A DNA stretch of 64,000 nucleotides from Vicinamibacterales bacterium (lineage in GTDB: Bacteria; Acidobacteriota; Vicinamibacteria; Vicinamibacterales; SCN-69-37): positions 6,913 to 70,912 of the forward strand of contig JBBDWL010000129.1 of NCBI GenBank assembly GCA_040902895.1. The letters are read 5' to 3'. The translations under genes and the position numbers were made by a program. The notes under the pieces were generated by a model. The model was given only the letters and a program-made list of their open reading frames with translations. It had not been told where the DNA came from and ran no database searches. Positions within the stretch are counted from its first letter, which is position 1. Every line of letters starts with the position of its first letter. Below, in pieces: positions 34,565 through 43,165 of this stretch.

Positions 34565-36186
34565 TGGACGCCGACCGCCGTCCAGGCCTGCGCGACCGCC
34601 GTTTCGGCCGGGCTGTTGGCGCCGTACAGATCGCGCGCCGCCTGCAGGGTGATGGCCCGCGCCTGCGAGAAGTTCGTGTTCGACGGCATGAGCTCGGTGA
34701 ACGCGCGATAGAAGACCTTTTCGATTTGCTCGCGATTCGCGAAGCCGACGCCCTGCACCGCGGCTCCGGTGCGCGGATGCGGCCCGCCCTCGATCGCCAG
34801 GTAGAAGGCGAGATTCGAGATCCCGGAGTTGCTGTGTACGCCGCCATTGTCGGCTGGGCCCGTAAACCGGATGGAGTAATGATCCGGGTCGCCGTACGAC
34901 GCGGGATTCGCAAGGTTGCGCAAGCCGCCCGGCCTGATGACGTCTTCGGCGATCAGCCAGTCGGCCTGCAGACTGCCGGTGCCGCGATTCTGAAAGAAGA
35001 ACTCCGCCGCCGCGCCCATCATGTCTGAGAACGACTCGTTCAGCGCGCCGGATTCCCCTTCGTAGATCAGATCCGACGAGTATTCGGTGACGCCATGCGT
35101 CAGCTCGTGCGCGACGACGTCGAGGGCGCCTGCCAGAAAATCCCAGCTCTGACCGCCCGCGCGGAGGCCCGGAGGAAGACCTTCGCCATAGATCATGAGG
35201 CCGCCTCCGAAATATGCCGCGTTCAGATAGAAGAGCTCGATCACTTCCGCCGGATGCGAGAACAGGTCCTCGCGGTGCACCGGATGCACCAGCGAGACGA
35301 GACGCAGGTCGTTGTTGTTGAGGCCGTGCCGGCCGAACCGCTTGAAAAAATAGTCGTACGTGAACCCGCTATACGCGTGAGCGTCGACGGCAGCCGGATC
35401 CGTCCACACATTGTCGGCGTCGGCCGCGAGATCGTTGTTGCCGAGCGACACGCGCCCGTTCAGGAACGCCTCGACGCGGGTGAGGTTGCCTTTCATGTCG
35501 AACGTGAGGATGTCGGGCGGCCGCAGCTCGTCGCGCGCGAGGAACCCGCTGCCCTCGGGCCGCACGCTCATCTTCTTGTCGTCGCCGAGCACGCCTGTGC
35601 CGCGGCCGACGGCGCTTTGCGTTTTGATCTCGTTGCGCGCCTTGACGAGCGCGCCCGTACCGGCGTCGATGAAGTACGACATCAGCGTGCCGGCGGCCAG
35701 CGAAAACACGCGCTCGTGCCAGACGAGCGCGAACGCGCCGCTCTCGAGCGGCAGCACGATCAATTCCGGCTGTCGCGTCTCGCCAAGCGTGGCGCCGCCC
35801 AGCTCTTCGATCCGCCGCTTGGCGTCGGCCTGCGCGAGGGCCGGTGCCGTGTCGACCGCGATGCCGTCGTAGATGGTGCCGAAGATGGATATCGTCTGGC
35901 CGGTGCTGTCGCGCTGGCGCGCGACGTCGGCGCCGTACACGCGCACGCCGGCAAAGTACTGATCGAATCGTTCATGCGTCCGGCCCGGGATCAGCATGTC
36001 GTCGCGGACGCTCCGCAGCCGCAGATCGCCCGTACGGATGTCCGCCGCCACGCGGCGATCCCAATCGCGAAGCGCGTTCAGGCCGCGGGGCGTGACTCGC
36101 GGCTCCTGCGCTGTGGCAGCGCTCGCCGCAGAGAACAAGCCGAGCAAAAGGGCGACGAGGCGGAATGTCTTGAGCCGCACGAACAC
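34561..36186 (-). CDS. M4 (thermolysin-like) zinc metallopeptidase, secreted
   Basis: 541 aa with a signal peptide. It has VVAHELTHGVTEYSSDLIYEGESGALNESFSDMMG (HExxH plus the downstream Glu) and GGVHSNSGI. Confidence 0.9.
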   Translation of the reverse strand: MFVRLKTFRLVALLLGLFSAASAATAQEPRVTPRGLNALRDWDRRVAADIRTGDLRLRSVRDDMLIPGRTHERFDQYFAGVRVYGADVARQRDSTGQTISIFGTIYDGIAVDTAPALAQADAKRRIEELGGATLGETRQPELIVLPLESGAFALVWHERVFSLAAGTLMSYFIDAGTGALVKARNEIKTQSAVGRGTGVLGDDKKMSVRPEGSGFLARDELRPPDILTFDMKGNLTRVEAFLNGRVSLGNNDLAADADNVWTDPAAVDAHAYSGFTYDYFFKRFGRHGLNNNDLRLVSLVHPVHREDLFSHPAEVIELFYLNAAYFGGGLMIYGEGLPPGLRAGGQSWDFLAGALDVVAHELTHGVTEYSSDLIYEGESGALNESFSDMMGAAAEFFFQNRGTGSLQADWLIAEDVIRPGGLRNLANPASYGDPDHYSIRFTGPADNGGVHSNSGISNLAFYLAIEGGPHPRTGAAVQGVGFANREQIEKVFYRAFTELMPSNTNFSQARAITLQAARDLYGANSPAETAVAQAWTAVGVQ

Positions 36187-36197
36187 CTCCCGCGCTG

Positions 36198-37826
36198 CTA
36201 TTTCACGGCCGCGTCGAGACTGCGGCCGTGCGGGCGATCGAGCGCGACACCGGTCAGCCGCGACCAGGTCGCGGGGATGTCGAGCGGCGAGACCGGCACG
36301 GCGTACGTCCCGGCCTTGAACGGACTGCCAAACAGCATAACCGGGACGCGACGGTCGTAGTCGTAATACGTGCCGTGCGAGGCTGCGTCGGTCGAGGCCG
36401 TGTGATGTTCGCGCAACAGGAGCATGAGATCGCCGGAACGGCCGGGGTAGTAGCTCAACAGGACGGCGCGCATCATCGGGTCGTCCGACCCGCGCTCCCG
36501 CGCCATGTCCGCGCCGCTCATCACCCGCAGCACCGATGGCAGCGCTTCAATGCCCGTCTTGAGTTTCGCGAGCGTCGCAGGCTCCTTCATCAGCCGCGTG
36601 AGCGACGCGGCGGTCAGATAGACCTCCGTATAAAGCTCGTGGTCGACGTACGTTCCGTCGCCCCACGTCTTGTCGAGCGTATCTTCGATGATTGTGGTGA
36701 CCGCGCCGCGAGGCAGGCGTCCGCCCGGTACGCCCGGCGTTTCGGGAACTTCGCCGACGCCATGATCCGAGGTCAGCGCGAGCACATAGTTGGCGCGGCC
36801 GACCGTGGCGTCGAGATGATCGAGCAGCCGTCCGATGGTTTCGTCCGCCCTGATCAGCACGTCCTGCACCTCGTGGCTGCGGGGGCCGAATTTGTGGCCG
36901 ACAAGATCGAGCGCGGAAAAACTGACGGCAAGATAGTCGGTGCCGTCACTCCGGCCGAGTCCGAGGGCGTCGATGGCGGCGATGGCCATCTGCCCCAGAT
37001 AGGCATCGCTCAGCGGACTGCGCTGCCAGCGATCGTAGAACGTCCCATCCGCGACGGCCCCGTTCGAAAGTGCGTGAGGGAAGCGCGGAGTCCAGCCGGA
37101 TGGCGGGCGCTCGCCGATTCCTGCGTCAGTGCCCTGATACGCCGGCGCCGGGCGGGCGCGCGTCCAGCTCTCCGCCACCGCGCGCTCAATCGGGTTGGCC
37201 TTCAGGTACTCGGCAAGCCATGCGGGATGTCCATATGCGGAGGACGTCGCAAATGTGCCCGACGGATCCATCCACACGACGGCATCACCGGTGTGTCCGG
37301 CAAGGGCGATTGCGGAGCGGGCCTTCAGCGACAGCGACACGACGCGGCCCGCGCCCGCGGGCTGCGAGGCGCGCAGCCGTTCGGCGAACGTCTGCGCCAT
37401 CTGCCAGCGCGCGCTATATCCACTGGTGACCGGTTTCGTGAAGCCCATTCCCGTCACATCCGGATCCGACGTGCATGGCGTGCGGCGGCGCGTCTGCCGG
37501 TCCCACCACTCGTTGAGTGCCATGCCATGCACGGCCGGCACCGTTCCGGTGCCGATGCTCGCGTGTCCCGGGCATGTCGCGGTGCCGGCGAACGGGTAGC
37601 GCGCGTTCGTAAAATGCGCGCCCTCGGTCATCAGCCGGCGCAACCCGGCGGTCCATTGCGCGCCGTACCGGGCGGGATAATCGGCCCGCAGCTGATCGAG
37701 CACGAGCTGCACGATCAATTTCGGCGGCGCAGCCCTGGGCCCGTCGAAGGGCGCCACCTTCGCGCCGCCCGCGGGCGAGAGCAGAACGAGCGATGCGGCA
37801 CAGACGAACAGAAGTTTCTGGATCAT
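36198..37826 (-). CDS. Alkaline-phosphatase superfamily protein (type I phosphodiesterase/nucleotide pyrophosphatase-like), secreted
   Basis: 542 aa with a signal peptide. Motifs: LIVQLVLDQLRADY, GTATCPGHASIGTGTVPAVHGM, LTSDHG and ASHGTYYDYD. Confidence 0.85.
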   Translation of the reverse strand: MIQKLLFVCAASLVLLSPAGGAKVAPFDGPRAAPPKLIVQLVLDQLRADYPARYGAQWTAGLRRLMTEGAHFTNARYPFAGTATCPGHASIGTGTVPAVHGMALNEWWDRQTRRRTPCTSDPDVTGMGFTKPVTSGYSARWQMAQTFAERLRASQPAGAGRVVSLSLKARSAIALAGHTGDAVVWMDPSGTFATSSAYGHPAWLAEYLKANPIERAVAESWTRARPAPAYQGTDAGIGERPPSGWTPRFPHALSNGAVADGTFYDRWQRSPLSDAYLGQMAIAAIDALGLGRSDGTDYLAVSFSALDLVGHKFGPRSHEVQDVLIRADETIGRLLDHLDATVGRANYVLALTSDHGVGEVPETPGVPGGRLPRGAVTTIIEDTLDKTWGDGTYVDHELYTEVYLTAASLTRLMKEPATLAKLKTGIEALPSVLRVMSGADMARERGSDDPMMRAVLLSYYPGRSGDLMLLLREHHTASTDAASHGTYYDYDRRVPVMLFGSPFKAGTYAVPVSPLDIPATWSRLTGVALDRPHGRSLDAAVK

Positions 37827-38275
37827 CGGCGGACCACCGGCGCGAAACAGATTGCGGCGAAGAGGAGATCGAATGACGCGCCGCCGACGGCAAGCCAGCG
37901 CGGGGCAAGGACGGGCAGCAGCCCGGGGCGGTGGGCGATGTCGACCAGCGCGTGCGCCGCGAACGCCAGCGCGAGCATCATCAGCGCGCGGCGCGGCTCG
38001 CTGAGCTGCGCCAGCAGCGACACGCCCGCAAACGCGCCGGCCAGCGCCACGTCGGGCGCGGCGCCCGGTGTCGCCTCCGACGCGGCCGCCAGCCCGGCAT
38101 ACACGGCCGCATTGAGCGCGAGCAGCGTGGCCGCGGCCTGGCTCAAACGCAGCTCGCCGACGACGCGCCGGGGATCATCATGCGCAAAGCGCGTGAGCCG
38201 CCACGAGAACAGGGCAAGCGGCGCCCCGAACATCACGGCCATCACGAGAAAGAAGACAGCGACCTCGCTGGGCAC
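37823..38275 (-). CDS. Hypothetical polytopic membrane protein (150 aa, ~4 TM)
   Basis: Hydrophobic helices run throughout. The gene is tightly packed, starting 12 nt after the HD-GYP gene ends and overlapping the next gene by 4 nt. I recognise no family. Confidence 0.6.
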   Translation of the reverse strand: MPSEVAVFFLVMAVMFGAPLALFSWRLTRFAHDDPRRVVGELRLSQAAATLLALNAAVYAGLAAASEATPGAAPDVALAGAFAGVSLLAQLSEPRRALMMLALAFAAHALVDIAHRPGLLPVLAPRWLAVGGASFDLLFAAICFAPVVRR

Positions 38276-38287
38276 CCGGCAGCGAGT

Positions 38288-39643
38288 CTATCCGAGCATG
38301 CGCGCCGGATCGAGCCCGACGGTCGCCGGATCGACAACGGAGGCCACGGTCAGATGCTCGCCGGCTTCCTGCCAGAGATCGATCTCCTCGCCGCCGATGA
38401 CCGGTGCCGCCGCCGCATCGAAGAGCACCCGGACGGTCGGCCGATCCGGGCTTGGCGCGTGAATGCCCGTGACGACCGCCATCCGGCCGTCCGACAGCGC
38501 GACCAGCGTGCCGGGCGGGTAGATGCCCATCAATTGCACGAAGCGGCGCACGAGATGCTGATCGAACTGCATGCCGTCGTTCCGCTTCAGCACGGCAAGG
38601 ATGCGATCGGTCGGAAACGCTTCCTGGTATTCCCGCTGCGATCGCATGGCATCGTACACGTCGGCCACGCTGCACAGCATCGTGGCGAGATTGAGCGTGT
38701 CGCGCGTCACGCCCTCGGGGTATCCCTGGCCGTCGAGCCGCAGATGGTGCTCGAACGCCACGACCGGTGAGAGCGCCGGCATCTCGGGCGTCTGCCGCAG
38801 CAGCGCGGCGCCGTCGATGGTGTGCCGCTTCATGATGGCGAACTCGCGATCGTCGAGCTTCGACGGCTTGTTGAGGATGTCTTTCGGCGTTTTCACCTTG
38901 CCGATGTCGTGCATCAGCGCGGCCAGCCCGAACTCGCGCAAGAGCCGTCCTTCGATGCCGAGCGCGCGCGCCTGGGCCATCGTGAGAATCGACACGTTCA
39001 CCATGTGCGTGAAGGTGTAGTTGTCGTACTTCTTCATCGCCGCAAGCGCGATGAGCGCCGTGCGATTCTCGGTGACGGCGTCCGCGAGGTTTTCGATGGA
39101 GGCGGCCGCCGCTTTGACATCAGGGCGTCCTTCCATCAGCGCCGACTCCCACACGGTCTCGGCCTGTCCCACCGCGTCGCCGTACAGCCGCTGGAGCGTC
39201 CCCCGATCCCCGCCTCCCGGCGCCGGCGCATCATCGTCGCTCGCCAGCCGGCCGATGCGGATGTTGGCGGAGTTCAGGGTCAAGGCGGTGTCGGTGCCGG
39301 CAATCGATTTCGCGAGCGCGGCCATGAAGGTTTCGAGCTCCCGCGGCGCGGCGCCGCGGCTGATCGCGATGCGCTCGATGCCCGCGCGTTTGAGCCGATC
39401 GATCAGCTCGATCATCTGTCCGGCCAGGCGGGGCAGCGGCAGGTCGCCCACCACGACCTGACCGGCGACGAGACCAATCACGACCGTCGGGTTTTGCTGA
39501 TGCAGCGTCTCGAGCGCGGCGAGAAGTCCGGCCGTCTGCCGCGCGACGATCGGATGCGACGGCGCGTAGAGCTGCGCGGCGCGCAGGCCGCCTGACAGCC
39601 GGCGCACCAGTTCCTCGGACGCGGCGACGATCTGATCGCTCAT
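38288..39643 (-). CDS. HD-GYP domain phosphodiesterase (copy 2) with the cluster-specific N-terminal module
   Basis: 451 aa. Motifs: KKYDNYTFTHMVNVS, LAALMHDIGKVKTP and AFEHHLRLDGQGYPEG, followed by a C-terminal GIYPPGTLVAL beta domain. The N-terminus carries AAQLYAPSHPIV..VVIGLV. Confidence 0.9.
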   Translation of the reverse strand: MSDQIVAASEELVRRLSGGLRAAQLYAPSHPIVARQTAGLLAALETLHQQNPTVVIGLVAGQVVVGDLPLPRLAGQMIELIDRLKRAGIERIAISRGAAPRELETFMAALAKSIAGTDTALTLNSANIRIGRLASDDDAPAPGGGDRGTLQRLYGDAVGQAETVWESALMEGRPDVKAAAASIENLADAVTENRTALIALAAMKKYDNYTFTHMVNVSILTMAQARALGIEGRLLREFGLAALMHDIGKVKTPKDILNKPSKLDDREFAIMKRHTIDGAALLRQTPEMPALSPVVAFEHHLRLDGQGYPEGVTRDTLNLATMLCSVADVYDAMRSQREYQEAFPTDRILAVLKRNDGMQFDQHLVRRFVQLMGIYPPGTLVALSDGRMAVVTGIHAPSPDRPTVRVLFDAAAAPVIGGEEIDLWQEAGEHLTVASVVDPATVGLDPARMLG

Positions 39644-41820
39644 GTCTGCCTCCGTGCGAGTGCGAGGCGGGCGGCGCCGGCGCCCTTACCGCCTCTGGCG
39701 GCCGCGGCTTCGAGGGCGGCTCTGGCCTCGGGCGTGCCGATCGCCGCCAGGGCATCGGCGGCGTGCACACGCACCGCGCGCGCGCGCCGCGGCGACCACC
39801 ACTGCGCGACCTCGAGAAGTGTCGACAGGCTGTCGACGGCCTCACGCGTCACCGCCGGACCGAGCATGCCGAGCAGGCTCATCGCGCGGATGGCAGCGTC
39901 CGACATGCGGCGCTCGCGCCAGCGCAGCGCGAGCAGTGCGAGCAGGGGACTGACACGCACATCTCTGAGGAGTCCGAGCTCGTCGAGCAGCGCCCGCTGT
40001 GTCTCGCCGGGCACCGTTTCCAGCGTGCGCAGAATGCGTTCGTGCGCCTGCGGATCTTCGACGATGGCAAGCGCCCGCAGCGCCTCGCGGCGGACGCGGA
40101 GATCGCTGTCGCCCAGCAGGCGCTCGAGCACATCGACACTCGCGGCGCCGCCGAAATCGCGCAGCAGCAGCGCCGCGTTGCGCCGCGTTTCCGGCACATC
40201 AGAGGCGAGCAGCGCCCGCACGGCCTGTTCGCCCGCATCGCCGAAGCCGGCGAGCACCGACCGCAGCCGCTCGCGCGCCGCCGGATCGGACTCGTGCGCG
40301 AGCGCGCGGGCCAGCGCCGGCGCGATGGCGGGACCGAGCCGCGCGAGCAGCGCGACGATCCGATCGACCTCCTCGGGCGCCGCGCGGCGCACGAGCGGCA
40401 TCAGATCGCGCACAAGCGCGCCGCTGCGGAGCCCCGCGAGGGCGGCTTCGGCCGCTTCTGCCCGCGCGCCGCCCGCCTCGCGCGCCGATTCCAGCGCGGC
40501 TTCGAGCGCGAGCGCGGGCTCGACGAAGCCGACGCGCACGAGCTCCTCGATGCGCGCGGCCGCCTGCCGCGCGATCACCGAGAACTGCGACGCCTCCTGA
40601 TCGATCGACAGCAGATCGATCAGCACCTGCAGATCGAGGCCGCGCAGCGCGCTGTCGCTGACACTCGAGATCCAGTGCTCGACCCGTTCGGGCGGATCCG
40701 GCTTCGCGGTTTCGAGATCCTCGGCGCGGCCGCGCGCGCCGGTGAGCTCGCGCGCGTATGACGTGCCGACGAACCGGCTGTCGTCGTACGAGACGACGAG
40801 ATGATCGAGCTCCTGCCGCAGCCGGGGAACCTCGTCGGGCGGCGCGCCCGCCGACGGCAGCATGTCGTCGGCGAGCGACGCGATCCGGCGGCGATCGTCG
40901 GCCGGCACGAGCGCCTCGAACGCTTCGCGCAGGCGCGCGGTCGCCGACCCTTCCGTGGCCAGCGCGGTCGCCACGAACCGCGCCTTCGCCGAGGCGTCGA
41001 GGTGATCGAGCACGGCGGCCGCGCCGGCCGCGTCCCGGTGGTCCGAGCCGTCGCCGGCGGCGGTGCGCGCGGCCACGAGGCCGCACATGCCTTCGGCCGA
41101 CAGTCCTGCCGTCAGCTGGGCGAGCCGTTGAAGCGCGGCTTCGACCCGCGCCGGATCGCCGCTGCCGCGATCGAGCACGAGCGCGCCGAGTCTGGCAATT
41201 GCGCGTCCCGTCGTGTCATCCCCTTCGGCGTCGCCGGCCTGTGCCGAGCGGCGGTCTGCGACGGCCGCGATGATGGCCTCGAGATCTTCGAGCGAGATCG
41301 CCGCCAGGGCGCCGTCGTTGGCGGCCTTGAGCAGCCGCGCGAGACTGCCGCCGTGTCCCTCGCGCAGCAGGGCGGCATAGTCGATGGCATGCAGCTCGAT
41401 GCTCGGGCCGCCGGCCGTCTTCCAGAGCGATGCGAGCCCGCCGTCGCGCCGGTTGTCGTCGGCCGGCCGGCTCATGAACGACATCAGCGTGTGCCACGAC
41501 TCGCTGTCGGCGTTGCCGTGCAGCGTGATTCCGCCGATGTGGTGGCCGTGCAGCATGGCGGCGAGCTCGCGGACCGCGGGGTCTTCGCGATCCGGTCCGA
41601 GGCCGCGCACCCGCAGCTCGCCCGGCATGATGTCGATGGCGAGACCGCTGTCGCCGCTCGCGCGCCGCGCGGCTTCCGTAACGCGCGCGATGGAATCGAC
41701 CACGGCGCGATGGCCGGCGGGATAGAGAGACACCGCGCGCGCGGCCGCGCGGCACGCGCGCGCGAAATCGATCAGCTTCTGCGACAGATCGGGCGGAAGA
41801 TGCCGGCTGATCTCGCTCAT
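39640..41820 (-). CDS. Large HEAT-repeat protein (copy 2) whose N-terminal module is shared with the HD-GYP proteins
   Basis: 726 aa. N-terminus: AVSLYPAGHRAVVDSI...LAIDIMPGELRV...GGITLHG...SIELHAIDYAALL. The C-terminal third has HEAT/PBS-lyase-like repeats (SDVPETRRNAALLLRDFG, DSDLRVRREALRALAIV). It has an ATGA overlap with the downstream HD-GYP gene. Confidence 0.8.
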   Translation of the reverse strand: MSEISRHLPPDLSQKLIDFARACRAAARAVSLYPAGHRAVVDSIARVTEAARRASGDSGLAIDIMPGELRVRGLGPDREDPAVRELAAMLHGHHIGGITLHGNADSESWHTLMSFMSRPADDNRRDGGLASLWKTAGGPSIELHAIDYAALLREGHGGSLARLLKAANDGALAAISLEDLEAIIAAVADRRSAQAGDAEGDDTTGRAIARLGALVLDRGSGDPARVEAALQRLAQLTAGLSAEGMCGLVAARTAAGDGSDHRDAAGAAAVLDHLDASAKARFVATALATEGSATARLREAFEALVPADDRRRIASLADDMLPSAGAPPDEVPRLRQELDHLVVSYDDSRFVGTSYARELTGARGRAEDLETAKPDPPERVEHWISSVSDSALRGLDLQVLIDLLSIDQEASQFSVIARQAAARIEELVRVGFVEPALALEAALESAREAGGARAEAAEAALAGLRSGALVRDLMPLVRRAAPEEVDRIVALLARLGPAIAPALARALAHESDPAARERLRSVLAGFGDAGEQAVRALLASDVPETRRNAALLLRDFGGAASVDVLERLLGDSDLRVRREALRALAIVEDPQAHERILRTLETVPGETQRALLDELGLLRDVRVSPLLALLALRWRERRMSDAAIRAMSLLGMLGPAVTREAVDSLSTLLEVAQWWSPRRARAVRVHAADALAAIGTPEARAALEAAAARGGKGAGAARLALARRQT

Positions 41821-41824
41821 CGCG

Positions 41825-43165
41825 TCACAGATAGGTCAGCGGATCGATCGGCACCGTATCCGGATCGACCGCTTCCACGACGGCCAGCGCATCACGCTCC
41901 CAGGTGTTCACGAGCGTCTGCTGTTCGACGGCGTTCCCCAGTTTGTCGAGCAGCACCTTGACCTGCGGCCGGAAGGGATCGGCGGGATGTTCCTTCGTCA
42001 CGACCCCGACTGCCTGGCTGTCGAGCCGAACCAGCGTGCCGACGGGGTAGAGCCCGACCAGATTCACGAATCGGCGCAGCAGCGTGCGATCGTACGCGGG
42101 GCTCTCCTGCTGCAGCATGATCGACCGGATGCGCTCGCTCGGCAGGCCCTCGCGATACACACGGTTGCTGCGCAGCGCGTCGAAGACGTCGGCAATGGTC
42201 ACCACCATCGTGCAGACGTTCAGACTGCGCGAGCCGACGTTCTCCGGATAGCCGCTGAAGTCCTTCTTCAGGTGATGCTCGAACGCGACGATGGGTGCGA
42301 GCGCCGGCATGCCGGGCGTGCGGCGAAGGATGTGCGCGCCGTCGACCACGTGGCGCTGCATGATCGTGAATTCTTCCTTCGTCAGCCGATCCGGCTTGTT
42401 GAGCACCTCGAGCGGCGTGTGGACCTTCCCGATGTCGTGCATCAGCGCCGCAAGTCCGAACTCGCGCAGCATCGCCCCTTCGATGTTCAGCGAGCGCGCC
42501 TGCGCCATCGAGAGCACCGAGACGTTCACCATGTGCGTGAACGTGTAGTTGTCGTACCGTTTGAGGGCCGTCAGCGCCATCAGCGACGTGCGGTCCTGTT
42601 GAATCAGCTTCGCGAGGCTGTCGATGATCTTCCGCGCGGCATCCGGATTGGGCTGGTCGCCGGCCTGGGCCGTTTCCCAGATGGCCTGGGCGGTCTGCAC
42701 GGCATCGGTGTACACGCGCCGCGCCGCGGCGACGCCGGTCGAGACCGGCTCGTCTTCCTCGACGTTCAATTTGCCGACGACAATCCGCGCGACGCCGCGG
42801 GCCGCCAGGCGCTCGACAAAGGTGTCCGCATCGCCTCGCGTGCCGAGCTCCGCTGAGAGTGACGCAAGCTCGCTGCGCGTGACGCCGCGATTGATGGTGA
42901 GTTTCTCGAGGCCGCGTTCCTTGAGCAGCCGCGCGAGTCCGACGTTCGACGCGCTGCCCGCGAGCGGCGTGCCGTCGGCCACGAAGTCGTCGCCGACCAG
43001 CCCGATCACAACCGACGGCTGCGCCGCGAGCATCGCCGTGGCGAGCTCGGCAAGCGCATCAAGACTGCGGCCCACCAGCGCGTGCTTCGGCGAGTAGAGC
43101 GCCTGCGCGCGAATCGTCGACGCCAGGCGCCGCAGCAGCTCTTCGACCTGGCGCTTCTCAGCCAC
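41825..43165 (-). CDS. HD-GYP domain phosphodiesterase (copy 1) with the cluster-specific N-terminal module
   Basis: 446 aa. Motifs: KRYDNYTFTHMVNVS, LAALMHDIGKVHTP and AFEHHLKKDFSGYPEN. The N-terminus carries AQALYSPKHALV..VVIGLV. Confidence 0.9.
   Translation of the reverse strand: MAEKRQVEELLRRLASTIRAQALYSPKHALVGRSLDALAELATAMLAAQPSVVIGLVGDDFVADGTPLAGSASNVGLARLLKERGLEKLTINRGVTRSELASLSAELGTRGDADTFVERLAARGVARIVVGKLNVEEDEPVSTGVAAARRVYTDAVQTAQAIWETAQAGDQPNPDAARKIIDSLAKLIQQDRTSLMALTALKRYDNYTFTHMVNVSVLSMAQARSLNIEGAMLREFGLAALMHDIGKVHTPLEVLNKPDRLTKEEFTIMQRHVVDGAHILRRTPGMPALAPIVAFEHHLKKDFSGYPENVGSRSLNVCTMVVTIADVFDALRSNRVYREGLPSERIRSIMLQQESPAYDRTLLRRFVNLVGLYPVGTLVRLDSQAVGVVTKEHPADPFRPQVKVLLDKLGNAVEQQTLVNTWERDALAVVEAVDPDTVPIDPLTYL

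Noticed and set aside
36228-38462. 744-aa ORF on the plus strand
   Set aside because: It is antisense to the alkaline-phosphatase-like gene, the membrane-protein gene and the HD-GYP 3' end. Its composition is low-complexity Arg/Ala/Gly, and the opposite-strand genes carry clear catalytic motifs.
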